From Kiritimatiellia bacterium (GTDB lineage: Bacteria > Verrucomicrobiota > Kiritimatiellia > CAIKKV01), in contig JBIIYJ010000004.1 of assembly GCA_044346855.1 (NCBI GenBank), forward strand, positions 1-50,143: a DNA stretch of 50,143 bases, in the 5' to 3' direction. Both the position numbers and the translations under genes were made by a program. The notes beneath the pieces were generated by a model, which saw nothing but the letters and a program-made list of their open reading frames with translations, had not been told where the DNA came from and did no database searches. Positions 9,246 to 18,397 of this stretch are shown piece by piece (positions within the stretch are counted from its first letter, which is position 1; each line of letters begins with the position of its first letter).

Positions 9246-11200
9246 CCGCACTTTGGATGCTGGCTGCGTCGATCTTCGTCATCATGCTGGGCGGGTGGTT
9301 CTATTCGCGCTTCCTGGCGCGGAGCTGGGGGGAATCCAACCGGACCACGCCTGCCGTTGCGCTCAACGACGACCGCGACTACGTGCCCACCCCCACCCCG
9401 GTCGTCTTCGCCCATCATTTCGCCTCCATCGCCGGGGCCGGCCCCATCCTGGGGCCCGTGCTGGCCCTCTGCTTCGGCTGGGGGCCGGCGCTGGCCTGGA
9501 TCGTGCTCGGCGGCCTGCTGGTGGGCGGCGTGCACGATTATCTCGCGGCCTTCATGTCCATCCGCAACAACGGCCAGTCGATCGCCACCATCGCGCGGCG
9601 GCTCCTGGGCCGCGGCCCCTTCGTGGCGCTCATGCTGTTTCTAATCCTGCTGCTCGGCCTGGTGACGGCCGTGTTCCTGAACACCTCGGCCAGCGCGCTG
9701 GTGAGCATGCTCGATTTCGGCCGGATGAATCTCGATCCCGGCCAGACGCTGTTCCGGGTGGTGGACGACGCCGGGACGAGCAAGGTTGTGATCGGCGGCG
9801 TAGCGTCGATGAGCGTCATCATTATCACCCTGCTGGCCCCGCTGGTCGGTTGGATGACCATCATCCGAAAGATTGCGGTCTGGAAATGCTCCCTCGTGGC
9901 CGTTGCCATCTGCCTGCTGAGCATACTCGTAGGCCTCTATCATCCGGTCGCCTTCCCCGCCACCGTCTCCTTCGCCGGGCTGACCCTCAAGGGGGCAGAC
10001 TGCTGGAAGATCCTGCTGGCCCTCTACACGCTGGTGGCGGCGGGCGTCCCTGTGTGGATGTTCCTGCAGAGCCGCGATTTCATCAACGTGCATATTCTCT
10101 ACGCGGGCATCGCATTTCTGCTGGCGGCGCTCGTGACCGCCTCCGTGCGCGGCGCCATGCCCCCACCCGCCGAGGCGCTGCCCGTCTGGGATTCGGTCAC
10201 GGGCGGCGTCAAGCTAGGATCCCTGTGGCCCTGGCTCTTCATCACGATCGCCTGCGGCGCCGTCAGCGGCTTCCACAGCCTGTGCGCCGGCGGAACGACC
10301 TGCAAGCAGCTCAAGACCGAATCGGCCACACGCGCCATCGGCTACTGGGGCATGCTGTTGGAATCGCTGCTCGCCGTGGTCGTGGTCTGCACCCTGGTCG
10401 TCGGCAGCACGAAGGGCTTCTACCTGGAGGATGTTTTCCCGGCTGGAAAGGACAACAATCCGGTCCTGGGTTTCGCCTTCGCGGTCGGACGCGCCGGCCA
10501 GTTCGCCTTCGGCCTTCCGCTGGCCGCCGGGGCCCTGGCCGGCATGCTGCTGCTCGAGGGGTTCGTCATCACCACGCTGGACACGGCGGTCCGGCTGAAC
10601 CGCTATCTCATCGAGGAAGTGTGGCAGGAATTCTTCGGCCGCTACGACGTCCTGGCGGCCCGCGCCGCGCGTTTCGCGGCCCCGGCGGCCGAAACGGGCG
10701 GCGCCGACGGGATCCCGGCGACACTCGGCCTGGCTGGCCGCAACACGGCCGGCCTCCCCACCCGCGGGCTCGGGCGCGCCCTGCTCAACCTGCTGCGCGC
10801 CTACTGGTTCAACTCCGGCCTGGCCGTGGCGCTGATGCTGTGGCTGTCCTTCTCCGGCAGCATCCTGCAGCTCTGGAAGATCTTCGGAACGGCCAACCAG
10901 CTGCTGGCCGCCTTCGCCCTCGGCATCGGGGCCGTGTGGCTGATCCGCAACGGCCGCCGGACGTGGTACGTGGTGCTGCCGGCCGCCTTCATGCTGGCCA
11001 CCACCGTCGCCAGCCTGTTCCTGTTAATCGGCAAGTTCAGGCCGGGCCTGACGCCGGACGGCAAGTCCACCGGCAACCCGGTCCTGCTGGGGGCGGATAT
11101 CGTCCTGATGATCCTGACCGCCTACCTGGCCTTCGCCGGAATCCGGGAACTGGTGCAGCGGACCCTGAAGCCGTCCGCGCCCGCCGTCACCGGGGCCTGA
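9242..11200 (+). CDS. cstA: Carbon starvation protein A family transporter
   Basis: TPAVALNDDRDYVPT, HHFASIAGAGPILGP, LFITIACGAVSGFHSL, LWKIFGTANQLLAA. Confidence 0.9.
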   Translation: MTALWMLAASIFVIMLGGWFYSRFLARSWGESNRTTPAVALNDDRDYVPTPTPVVFAHHFASIAGAGPILGPVLALCFGWGPALAWIVLGGLLVGGVHDYLAAFMSIRNNGQSIATIARRLLGRGPFVALMLFLILLLGLVTAVFLNTSASALVSMLDFGRMNLDPGQTLFRVVDDAGTSKVVIGGVASMSVIIITLLAPLVGWMTIIRKIAVWKCSLVAVAICLLSILVGLYHPVAFPATVSFAGLTLKGADCWKILLALYTLVAAGVPVWMFLQSRDFINVHILYAGIAFLLAALVTASVRGAMPPPAEALPVWDSVTGGVKLGSLWPWLFITIACGAVSGFHSLCAGGTTCKQLKTESATRAIGYWGMLLESLLAVVVVCTLVVGSTKGFYLEDVFPAGKDNNPVLGFAFAVGRAGQFAFGLPLAAGALAGMLLLEGFVITTLDTAVRLNRYLIEEVWQEFFGRYDVLAARAARFAAPAAETGGADGIPATLGLAGRNTAGLPTRGLGRALLNLLRAYWFNSGLAVALMLWLSFSGSILQLWKIFGTANQLLAAFALGIGAVWLIRNGRRTWYVVLPAAFMLATTVASLFLLIGKFRPGLTPDGKSTGNPVLLGADIVLMILTAYLAFAGIRELVQRTLKPSAPAVTGA

Positions 11201-11203
11201 CCC

Positions 11204-11277
11204 GCCTTATTCACGAAGCGTGAACAAGGCGCCCTCCGGGCTTCGACTGCGGCCCGCCGGGCGGGCCTCCGCTCAGG
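11204..11277. repeat. Intergenic hairpins / REP-like element between convergent genes
   Basis: GCCTTATTCACG-AAG-CGTGAACAAGGC hairpin, then CTTCGACT..GGCCCGCC-G-GGCGGGCC..CCGCTCAGG. Confidence 0.45.
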
Positions 11278-11278
11278 G

Positions 11279-12379
11279 TTAACCCGCCTTAAGCCGGGTA
11301 AGCATCCGCTTCAATACTGGTGCCACGGCGTCCGCGACGCGCAGGAAGCCCAAGTCGGTCAAGTGCGCCCCGTCGACGGAGGGATGGTCCGCCTCGTACC
11401 CGATCACCTTGGCGCAATCGAGAAAATAGACGGCCCGGTCCCCCCGCCGCTTGAACGCGCGGAAGGTTTCAGCCACAACCGCGTTCTTCGCGTCTGTCTC
11501 GCGGGAGGCCTGGGGATTGAAATGCTCCTTGGCGCACCGGGTGAACGTCATGAACAGGATGGGCAGCCGGGGATGGCGCGCCCGGATCAACTCGTTGAAA
11601 GCGGCGTAGCGCGTGCCCATCCACGCGAGACTCATGTTGCCGACGCAATCGTTGACGAAGGCCGCCATATCCAGCTCGGCGATGAGGGCCGCCACCTCGG
11701 GATCGGATTGGCCGTTTCCCGAAAAGCCCAGGTTGACCACGTCCAGCCCCAGCTTCCGCCCCACGACCGGCACGAACCCGTTGGCCCCGCGCGAGGAGCA
11801 ACCGCCCTGGGTGATGGATGTGCCGTAGAAAACGACCGGCTTCCGGGGCTTGAACGGCGTCGGCGGCCGGACCCGGGCGGCCGGATCCAGCCCGATCTCC
11901 AGGCTCGCGAGATCGTTGTAGACGGGCAGGTACAGGGTGAACTCCCGCATCTTCCTGGAAAGACCCGAAACATAATCGCTGGTGTAGTCGGCCTGCGCCA
12001 CGATCTGCTTGTTCGAGCCCCAGTAGACCATGGCCGAGGGCGGACCTTCGTACAGGTCGATGCCGCTGACGCCCACCGCGCACATGTGCGGCATGGCGAT
12101 CTCGGGCCGGCTGTGGCGGATGCGGAGCGACAGCGCCGTGGAATCCGTCCTGAACCGGACCCGCCCGCCGCTGGGCATGGTGGACAGCTCCCACACCGCA
12201 TCCCGCACCACGCCTTTGGCGCGGAGCGGCAGGCGGAGGAAGGCGCCGTTGTTTTCCTTGAACCAGGGCAGGCCGTGAACCGAAAAGCCGGGCTCGTCGG
12301 CCCGATGCCAGGTCCGCTCCGGGCCGGAGGCCCGCTCGGCGGCGTGATGGGGGTCAAGCTCGCGCAATGTCTTCGCCAT
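11279..12379 (-). CDS. SGNH/GDSL hydrolase with N-terminal GxDLY domain
   Basis: GGRVRFRTDS, SGIDLY, VVFYGTSITQGG, NLGFSGNG, DGAHLTDLG; start MAKTL at 12379 with GGAGGG RBS. Confidence 0.85.
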   Translation of the reverse strand: MAKTLRELDPHHAAERASGPERTWHRADEPGFSVHGLPWFKENNGAFLRLPLRAKGVVRDAVWELSTMPSGGRVRFRTDSTALSLRIRHSRPEIAMPHMCAVGVSGIDLYEGPPSAMVYWGSNKQIVAQADYTSDYVSGLSRKMREFTLYLPVYNDLASLEIGLDPAARVRPPTPFKPRKPVVFYGTSITQGGCSSRGANGFVPVVGRKLGLDVVNLGFSGNGQSDPEVAALIAELDMAAFVNDCVGNMSLAWMGTRYAAFNELIRARHPRLPILFMTFTRCAKEHFNPQASRETDAKNAVVAETFRAFKRRGDRAVYFLDCAKVIGYEADHPSVDGAHLTDLGFLRVADAVAPVLKRMLTRLKAG

Positions 12380-12399
12380 ACCAGAATCCCTCCGCTCTC

Positions 12400-13992
12400 T
12401 TATTTCCGGCGCGCCAGCAGGCCCCGCATGGTCGAACCTAATATGGGTACAATCACGGAATCCGGCGCGTTTAGCGAGAGCAGGCGGCCGAGCTCCCAGT
12501 TGAAATCGTGGACCATGGCGTCCGTGCCGAAGACGACCTGGTCGGCGGGCACGGTCTCGAGCGTCTTCTCCCAGGAAATCGTGCTGCAGAAGCTGCCGCA
12601 CCACTCCAGGTAGACGTTCCGGAACTGTTTCGCCAGCGCCTCCGCCTCGAGCCGGCCTGCGTCGCCCCCGCCCGAATGGCCCAGAAGGAACGGGACTCGG
12701 GGATATTTTTTCGCAAGGTCCCGGAACATCGCCGGGGAGTCGAAGGCGCCGCCCCAGGTGTGGCTCAAAACCGGCAGCCGGCGGCGGTTCGCATAGCGCC
12801 ACATCGGCTCGAAACGGGAATCCGTGATCGGCAGCTTCCAGTAGTCGCACAGCGTCTTGAACCCGACGAAAACCTTGCCGCCGAAATACCCGTCAAGGCG
12901 AGGGAGGAGTTCCTTCCCGTAAAAGGGATTGTAAGTCACGTAGCCCTGAACCCGGCCGGCGTGGGGGGCGAGAAGCGACCCGACCAGGTCGTTCCCCTCG
13001 ACCGGCCCGCCCATCAGGGCCTGCAGGCCCGAGACGAGAAAGGTTCGGATGCCGATGGCATCCATGTCCTTCAAGGCGCGGCGAAGCTGGCGCTCTTCCG
13101 ACTGTGCCTCCAGCACATAGCCGCCGGAAGGGCCCAGGTGGCCGTGCGCGTCGATGATATCGACGTTCGCCAGGGGCTTGCCCTCGAGAAAGCGGGGCCA
13201 GAGCGTGTTCCCCTTTGGGACGAGCGGCTCGACCGCCCGGCCCGGCTTCAGACCCGCCAGGCGCTCGAGGTTGCCGCAGGCGATCAGGCGGCGGTCCGCC
13301 TCCGAAATGGCGGCCCGGGCAAGCGCCGCGATGGCCGCGCCGTTGTGGGATTTGCTCCCCATGCCGAACACGAGGCGGTCCGCCCCGAACCGCTTGACGA
13401 CCAGCTCGATGGCCCCGTAGGAATGAAGCCACGAATTGTCAACCAGGACGTTCTTCCGCTGCCGCATCAGGTCGAATACCGTGATGCAGGGGCCCCAGGA
13501 GACGTCGGTCAAAATCACGCTCACCTCGGGGAAGCGGGCCGTGAAGTCGAGGATGTCCTGGGACGACGCCTGGTCGTGCCGCATGACGATGAACGGCCTG
13601 AGCCGCCGCAGGACGGGCATGACGGGCTCGAGCTGGCGCAGGGTCAGCCGGCCGAAGACGCTGGCGAAGCGGAGCGCCCGGGTCTCGCCCTCGCGCATCT
13701 GCGCGACAAGCTCCGTCACGCCGCCTTCCTCGTAGTCCGAAAGGCCGGAAACGGAGAGGCACGGGATGATCCGGCCACGGGCGCCGGGGGTGGCGGCGAT
13801 CCGGTCCAGCAGCGTCCGGTTGCTGCAGCCGGCGTGATTCTGGACGGACGAGACATTCCAGACCAGGGCCCGGGAAACGCCGAAGCGGTTCATGAAGGCC
13901 AGCCGGTCGGCGATATCCGGGAAATCCGGTTCGCCGGTGGACGATTTGCCGAAACTTCCATTCGCGTCGAACAGCACCGGAACCTTGCTCAT
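12400..13992 (-). CDS. Amidohydrolase family protein with two tandem amidohydro_2-like domains
   Basis: C-terminal domain IIDAHGHLG..SHTWG..GHSGG..VFGTD; N-terminal domain is the same fold class with degenerate metal ligands. Confidence 0.8.
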   Translation of the reverse strand: MSKVPVLFDANGSFGKSSTGEPDFPDIADRLAFMNRFGVSRALVWNVSSVQNHAGCSNRTLLDRIAATPGARGRIIPCLSVSGLSDYEEGGVTELVAQMREGETRALRFASVFGRLTLRQLEPVMPVLRRLRPFIVMRHDQASSQDILDFTARFPEVSVILTDVSWGPCITVFDLMRQRKNVLVDNSWLHSYGAIELVVKRFGADRLVFGMGSKSHNGAAIAALARAAISEADRRLIACGNLERLAGLKPGRAVEPLVPKGNTLWPRFLEGKPLANVDIIDAHGHLGPSGGYVLEAQSEERQLRRALKDMDAIGIRTFLVSGLQALMGGPVEGNDLVGSLLAPHAGRVQGYVTYNPFYGKELLPRLDGYFGGKVFVGFKTLCDYWKLPITDSRFEPMWRYANRRRLPVLSHTWGGAFDSPAMFRDLAKKYPRVPFLLGHSGGGDAGRLEAEALAKQFRNVYLEWCGSFCSTISWEKTLETVPADQVVFGTDAMVHDFNWELGRLLSLNAPDSVIVPILGSTMRGLLARRK

Positions 13993-14018
13993 CCCGAATT
14001 CCTCCCCTGGACCCGCGG

Positions 14019-15203
14019 TTATGCCTTGGCGGCTTTCTTCAGGGCGTCAATCTTCGCCGCAAGCTGGTCCGCTGTCCAGTCCGGATTCATGCCGCAGAAA
14101 ACGGTCCGGCGGAGCAGCGCCAGCGTGCGGGGGCAGGCGGTATCGCTGTAATCCATCCGCAGCCCCTGGTTCTTGGCGAAGAAGAAGGGATTCATGTCGG
14201 GATGGTGCGAGATGCGCTTGGCCCGCAGCGGCTCCCAGGCGGTGTAGACGTGCTTGCCGTGATCGATGCCGACGTAGCCGCCCACCCCGGGCTGGCCGCA
14301 GAACGCGCGGGCGGCCGCCTCGTTCTCGAAGCGGAAGGCGCAGGTGACGCCGCAGTCGCCCTCGGGGTCGTTGCTCGGCGCCACCACGAGGCCGGATCCG
14401 GCCACGCCGGCCTCCACCGCCTTGCGAACGCGCCGCAGGTCGGCGATGATCCCGTCCATCCGCTGCATCTGGATGCGCGCGATGGCGCCCATCACCTCGT
14501 CCGCCCGGTACTGCTGGGCGACGAAAATCGGGATCTGCAGGTCGCCGGCCGTGGGCCGGAAGGCCGACCCGGAATCGTGATAGACAAACGCGGTTTCGTA
14601 GACCTTGCGGTCGTTCGTCACCAGCGCGCCGCCTTCGCCGCCGGCCGTGATGATCTTGAAGAAGTTCAGGCTGAAGGCGCCGGCGTCGCCCCAGCTTCCC
14701 GTGCGGCGGCCCTTGTAGCTGCCGCCCACCATCTGGCAGGAATCCTCGAGCACCTTGATGCCGCGGGCGCGGGCGACGGCCATGATCCGCTCCATGTTCG
14801 CCGGCCGGCCCAGCATGTGCACGGGAATGACGGCCTTGGTGCGGGGGCCGATCTTGCGCTCGAAGTCCTGCGGATCGAGGGCCATCGTCTCGTCGACCTC
14901 CCCGAGCACGGGAATGGCGCCGACGGCCAGCACGGCCGTCGCGGTGGCCATCCAGGTGTAGGCGGGCACGATCACCTCGTCCCCGGGCCCCACCCCGAAG
15001 CCGGCCAGGCCGGTCACGATGGCGGCCGTCCCGCCGCCGCACATGAGGAGCGCGTAGGTTGTTCCGATTTTCTCGGCCCACTCCTTCTCGAACCGGTTGA
15101 CTTCCTGCAGGTGGCCGTTCTTGGGATCGCCCACCCGGAACAGCTGCTTGGCGAGAATCACCTTGGCGACTTCGTCCACTTCTTCCTGGCCCATGCGGTA
15201 CAT
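14019..15203 (-). CDS. DegT/DnrJ/EryC1/StrS PLP-dependent aminotransferase
   Basis: GVGPGDEVIVPAYTW, AVIPVHMLG, VLEDSCQ, GAFSLNFFKIITAGGEGG. Confidence 0.92.
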   Translation of the reverse strand: MYRMGQEEVDEVAKVILAKQLFRVGDPKNGHLQEVNRFEKEWAEKIGTTYALLMCGGGTAAIVTGLAGFGVGPGDEVIVPAYTWMATATAVLAVGAIPVLGEVDETMALDPQDFERKIGPRTKAVIPVHMLGRPANMERIMAVARARGIKVLEDSCQMVGGSYKGRRTGSWGDAGAFSLNFFKIITAGGEGGALVTNDRKVYETAFVYHDSGSAFRPTAGDLQIPIFVAQQYRADEVMGAIARIQMQRMDGIIADLRRVRKAVEAGVAGSGLVVAPSNDPEGDCGVTCAFRFENEAAARAFCGQPGVGGYVGIDHGKHVYTAWEPLRAKRISHHPDMNPFFFAKNQGLRMDYSDTACPRTLALLRRTVFCGMNPDWTADQLAAKIDALKKAAKA

Positions 15204-15278
15204 ATGCGGTCCTTCCGGTTGAATGCGTTGTTGGAGGGAAAGCGTAGCATGCCGCCCGCCTTTCCGCCATACCGGGAT

Positions 15279-16208
15279 TTATCCGGACTTGTCTTTTCTT
15301 ATCTTCGCAGCGGCGGCCCGCGCGATCCAGCGAGACGGCGAAACGCCCGCGGCGCGGGCGAAGAAGCGGGAAAAGTAGGCGGCCGAGCCGAATCCGAGCG
15401 CCTCGGCCGCGGCCCCCACGGAAAGTCCGCCCGCGAGCAGGTCGCGTGCCCGCTCCAGGCGGAGGCGGTTGACGTAGCGGCGGACCGGTTCGCCCGTCTG
15501 GCGGCGCAGCAGCCGCTCGAGGTAATGCGGCTCGTAGCCCGACAGGTGGGCCAGCGCCTTGAGGGAAAGGTCGGACTTCAGGTTGGCCGCAATGTAGGCG
15601 CGCACCTCCTCGATCACGGCGCGGCTGTGGGCGGGCTGCGCGGGCTCGTCAGTGCGGGTCAGGGCCTCGAGAAAAAGTGCGGCCGCCGCCGCCTTCAGCT
15701 TGGACACGGCCTCGGGCCGCCTGTCGCCCGCCGAACAGGCGTCCCAGCTCTGGATCAGGCATTCGGCGAACGGCCCCTGGAGGATGACGTGGCGGCGGGT
15801 GGCCAGGGCCACGGCGGAATCGCCTTTACCGCCGGGCCGCGGCCGGCAGGTCAGCTCGTTGCCCATGATCCGATGGGAGGAACTCAGGCGCAGCCAAAGG
15901 TGGCGGCCGGCCGGCTGGAACGGGGAATAAAACCGATCGTGGGGCATGCCGCGATCGAAGAGGATCACGAGCCCGGGCGAGAGGCGGTAGGGTCGGCCCT
16001 GCACGGCATATAATCCCCCGCCCTCGAGCACCAGCATCATCTCGCGGAAATCGTGGCGCTCGGTGTTCGTCCGCATCCAGGCCTCGTGCCCGGCATGGCG
16101 CGCGGGCGGAAGGTCAGCCTTGCCGAATCCGCTCACCCACCGCCATTGGGCGAAGGGCGGGAGGATGCCTTCCCGGGGTGGCTGACTTGGCGGCGGCTTG
16201 CTGGTCAT
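15279..16208 (-). CDS. AraC family transcriptional regulator
   Basis: Cupin-like N-terminus (RHDFREMMLVLEG); C-terminal LSLKALAHLSG..RLERARDLL..LGFGSAAYFSRFF. Confidence 0.9.
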   Translation of the reverse strand: MTSKPPPSQPPREGILPPFAQWRWVSGFGKADLPPARHAGHEAWMRTNTERHDFREMMLVLEGGGLYAVQGRPYRLSPGLVILFDRGMPHDRFYSPFQPAGRHLWLRLSSSHRIMGNELTCRPRPGGKGDSAVALATRRHVILQGPFAECLIQSWDACSAGDRRPEAVSKLKAAAAALFLEALTRTDEPAQPAHSRAVIEEVRAYIAANLKSDLSLKALAHLSGYEPHYLERLLRRQTGEPVRRYVNRLRLERARDLLAGGLSVGAAAEALGFGSAAYFSRFFARAAGVSPSRWIARAAAAKIRKDKSG

Positions 16209-16329
16209 CCGGGAATGAAACCAAAACGAACAGCAATCATCAAGACCAACTGCCTGTAATCACTTGCGGGGCGCTGTGAGTATGCCTATAGTGAGGGGCT
16301 GAACGAATTGCACTGAAGGAACCCCTCCC

Positions 16330-17562
16330 ATGCCGAATGAATCCGTTTTCGAATCCCTCCGCACGCCCGTCAAGGGAGACTTCGATGTGATCGTCGCCGG
16401 CGGCGGCCCCGCCGGAATAGCGGCGGCCCTGTCCGCCGCCCGGCAGGGAGCCCGGACGCTGCTGCTGGAAGCCAACGGCTGCCTCGGCGGCATCTGGACG
16501 GCCGGCCTCCTCTGCTGGATCCTGGATGCCGACAAGCCGGGCATCATGGCCGAGCTGTTCCGCCGCATGCAGGAGGCGGGCGGCCAGAGCAGCCGCCGGA
16601 ACAAGGCCAGGTCCTGGGGTTACGATCCCGAGGTCATGAAGGCGCTGCTGGAGGACTTGTGCCTGGAGGCGGGCGTGACGGTTCAGCTCCACACCCGGGT
16701 GGCGGCGGCGGACGTGGGCGCGGACCGCGCGATCCGGGCCGTGCTGACCGAGTCGCGCTCGGGCCGCGAGGCCTGGCGGGGAGCCGCTTTCGTCGACTGC
16801 ACCGGGGACGGGGAACTCGCCTGCCGGGCGGGTTGCGGATTCGATCTCGGCCACCCCGAAACGGGAGAACTGCAACCCGCCAGCATGACCGTGCTGGTGA
16901 CCGGACTGGACTACGCGACTGCCGAACCCTTTGTCGGGGGCGGCCTCCATCAGCCGAAGGTGCGGCTCGCGGAAGCCATCGCCGCCGCCGGGATCACCCC
17001 CTCCTACTCGCTGCCGGTCCTGTTCCACATTTACGACGACCTTTTCGCCTTCATCCCGAATCACCAGTACGGCCTGCCCTGCGATGACGCCGCCGCGCTG
17101 ACCCGAGCCACGATGGAGGCCCGGCGGGAGTGCCGCGCCATCGTCGGCGCCCTCCGCGCCTCCGTCGATCCGTGGAAGGCGATGCGCATCGTCGCCACCA
17201 CCGAACACCTTGGCCTGCGGGAGGGACGGCGGATCCACGGGCGCTACACGGTCACGCTGGACGACATGCTCCAGGGCGCGCGGCACGAGGACGCGGTCTG
17301 CCGGGTCACCTTCGGCCTCGATGTCCATAACACGAAGCGCGACGGGCAGATGCAGGTTAACAGTCAGGCCACCAAGCCGTACGACATCCCCCTGCGCGCC
17401 CTGATCGCCAAGGACGTGACGAACCTTTTCATGGCGGGCCGCTGCATCAGCGGCGACTTCTTCGCCCACTCCAGCTACCGCGTCTGCGGCAATGCCGTCG
17501 CTATGGGCGAAGCGGCCGGCCGCGCCGCGGCAGCCGCCGAGGGGCGGGCGCTACCGAGCTGA
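16330..17562 (+). CDS. FAD-dependent oxidoreductase (FAD_oxidored family)
   Basis: DVIVAGGGPAGIAAALSAAR, FVDCTGDG, LREGRRIHG, YDIPLRALI, NLFMAGRCISG, MGEAAG. Confidence 0.9.
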   Translation: MPNESVFESLRTPVKGDFDVIVAGGGPAGIAAALSAARQGARTLLLEANGCLGGIWTAGLLCWILDADKPGIMAELFRRMQEAGGQSSRRNKARSWGYDPEVMKALLEDLCLEAGVTVQLHTRVAAADVGADRAIRAVLTESRSGREAWRGAAFVDCTGDGELACRAGCGFDLGHPETGELQPASMTVLVTGLDYATAEPFVGGGLHQPKVRLAEAIAAAGITPSYSLPVLFHIYDDLFAFIPNHQYGLPCDDAAALTRATMEARRECRAIVGALRASVDPWKAMRIVATTEHLGLREGRRIHGRYTVTLDDMLQGARHEDAVCRVTFGLDVHNTKRDGQMQVNSQATKPYDIPLRALIAKDVTNLFMAGRCISGDFFAHSSYRVCGNAVAMGEAAGRAAAAAEGRALPS

Positions 17563-18036
17563 GGCCGCCGCTTTTTTTGCTGTCAGGCCGTAGCCAATGA
17601 CATTAATACCGCGCAAACCGAAAAGCGGTGCGGCAGCGAGAAAATGCCGGTCGTTCGAATAGACCTCCTTGAATCCATGTTCCGCGGCACAGGCAAGGTG
17701 AAGGGCATCGGCGCTTCTGAGAAAGACCGAGGCAGGCGCATTCCTGAACACCCGAACAACCCGAGTTCGGGCTCCCTCGGAAAGCGGAAGCCACTGGAAA
17801 AGGTTCATTTGGCTGTCATCGAGAAATTGCTCCAAAGCAGCATGAAACGCGCTTTGCGCCATCCCTCTTTCCCGAAAAGCCCTATGCAATGCGGACGCGA
17901 CTTCAAGCTGGGCATGCCAGGAGGACGCAATGGTCAGTCCTTCTCCGGCTAGTTCGCGCACGGCTTCGAAGCCCGCATCTTCCAAATACAGCCTAACAAG
18001 ATAACACGTATCGAAGAATGGAGTTTCAGCGCTCAT
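17551..18036 (-). CDS. PIN-domain (VapC-like) toxin
   Basis: FFDTCYLVRLYLED, LEVASAL, FLRSADALHLACA, YSNDRHF. Confidence 0.88.
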   Translation of the reverse strand: MSAETPFFDTCYLVRLYLEDAGFEAVRELAGEGLTIASSWHAQLEVASALHRAFRERGMAQSAFHAALEQFLDDSQMNLFQWLPLSEGARTRVVRVFRNAPASVFLRSADALHLACAAEHGFKEVYSNDRHFLAAAPLFGLRGINVIGYGLTAKKAAASAR

Positions 18037-18298
18037 TCCGGTCCTCGGAGATCAAATCGGAGACGTCACGGTCGCCAGGAACAGGCCGGAAGGCTCCTGC
18101 TTTCACGGCCTTTACGAAATCGGGGCGCAATTTTCGGCGGTCATGGAATAAGCGGTTCTCCCCCGCATCCGAAGGCGAGAGGTCCAGTTCCCGTGTCAAC
18201 GAATCAAGAACGAGATGCTTGAGAGTCCTGCCGGTTTCGATGGCGCGGATCTTGGCCTGCCTGTAAAGAGGCTCGGGAATGTCAATCGTGGTTTTCAT
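18026..18298 (-). CDS. VapB-like ribbon-helix-helix antitoxin
   Basis: MKTTIDIPEPLYRQAKIRA; overlaps the downstream PIN gene. Confidence 0.82.
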   Translation of the reverse strand: MKTTIDIPEPLYRQAKIRAIETGRTLKHLVLDSLTRELDLSPSDAGENRLFHDRRKLRPDFVKAVKAGAFRPVPGDRDVSDLISEDRNER

Positions 18299-18333
18299 GA
18301 AAACAGCATAACGGGAATACATTTTCCCGTCAA
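18291..18333 (-). promoter_or_regulatory. Leaderless vapBC promoter with two palindromic operators
   Basis: Minus strand TTGACG-17-TATGCT-6-ATG; ACGGGAA-N6-TTCCCGT (18311-18330) and GTTTTCATGAAAAC (18291-18304). Confidence 0.7.
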
Positions 18334-18361
18334 TCCGTCTTTCCATCAGAAAAGCTATGAG

Positions 18362-18390
18362 TTGTAATAACGTATTCGAACGATTACTTT
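18362..18390 (+). promoter_or_regulatory. Sigma70-type promoter, probably leaderless
   Basis: TTGTAA-17-TACTTT, 7 nt before ATG 18398; no SD. Confidence 0.5.
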
Positions 18391-18397
18391 CTGTTAG

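Noticed and set aside
12380-12850. Extended N-terminus of the SGNH ORF (similar cases: comF ORF to 48594, PHP ORF to 8675)
   Set aside because: The extensions overlap neighbouring real genes; internal starts fit better.
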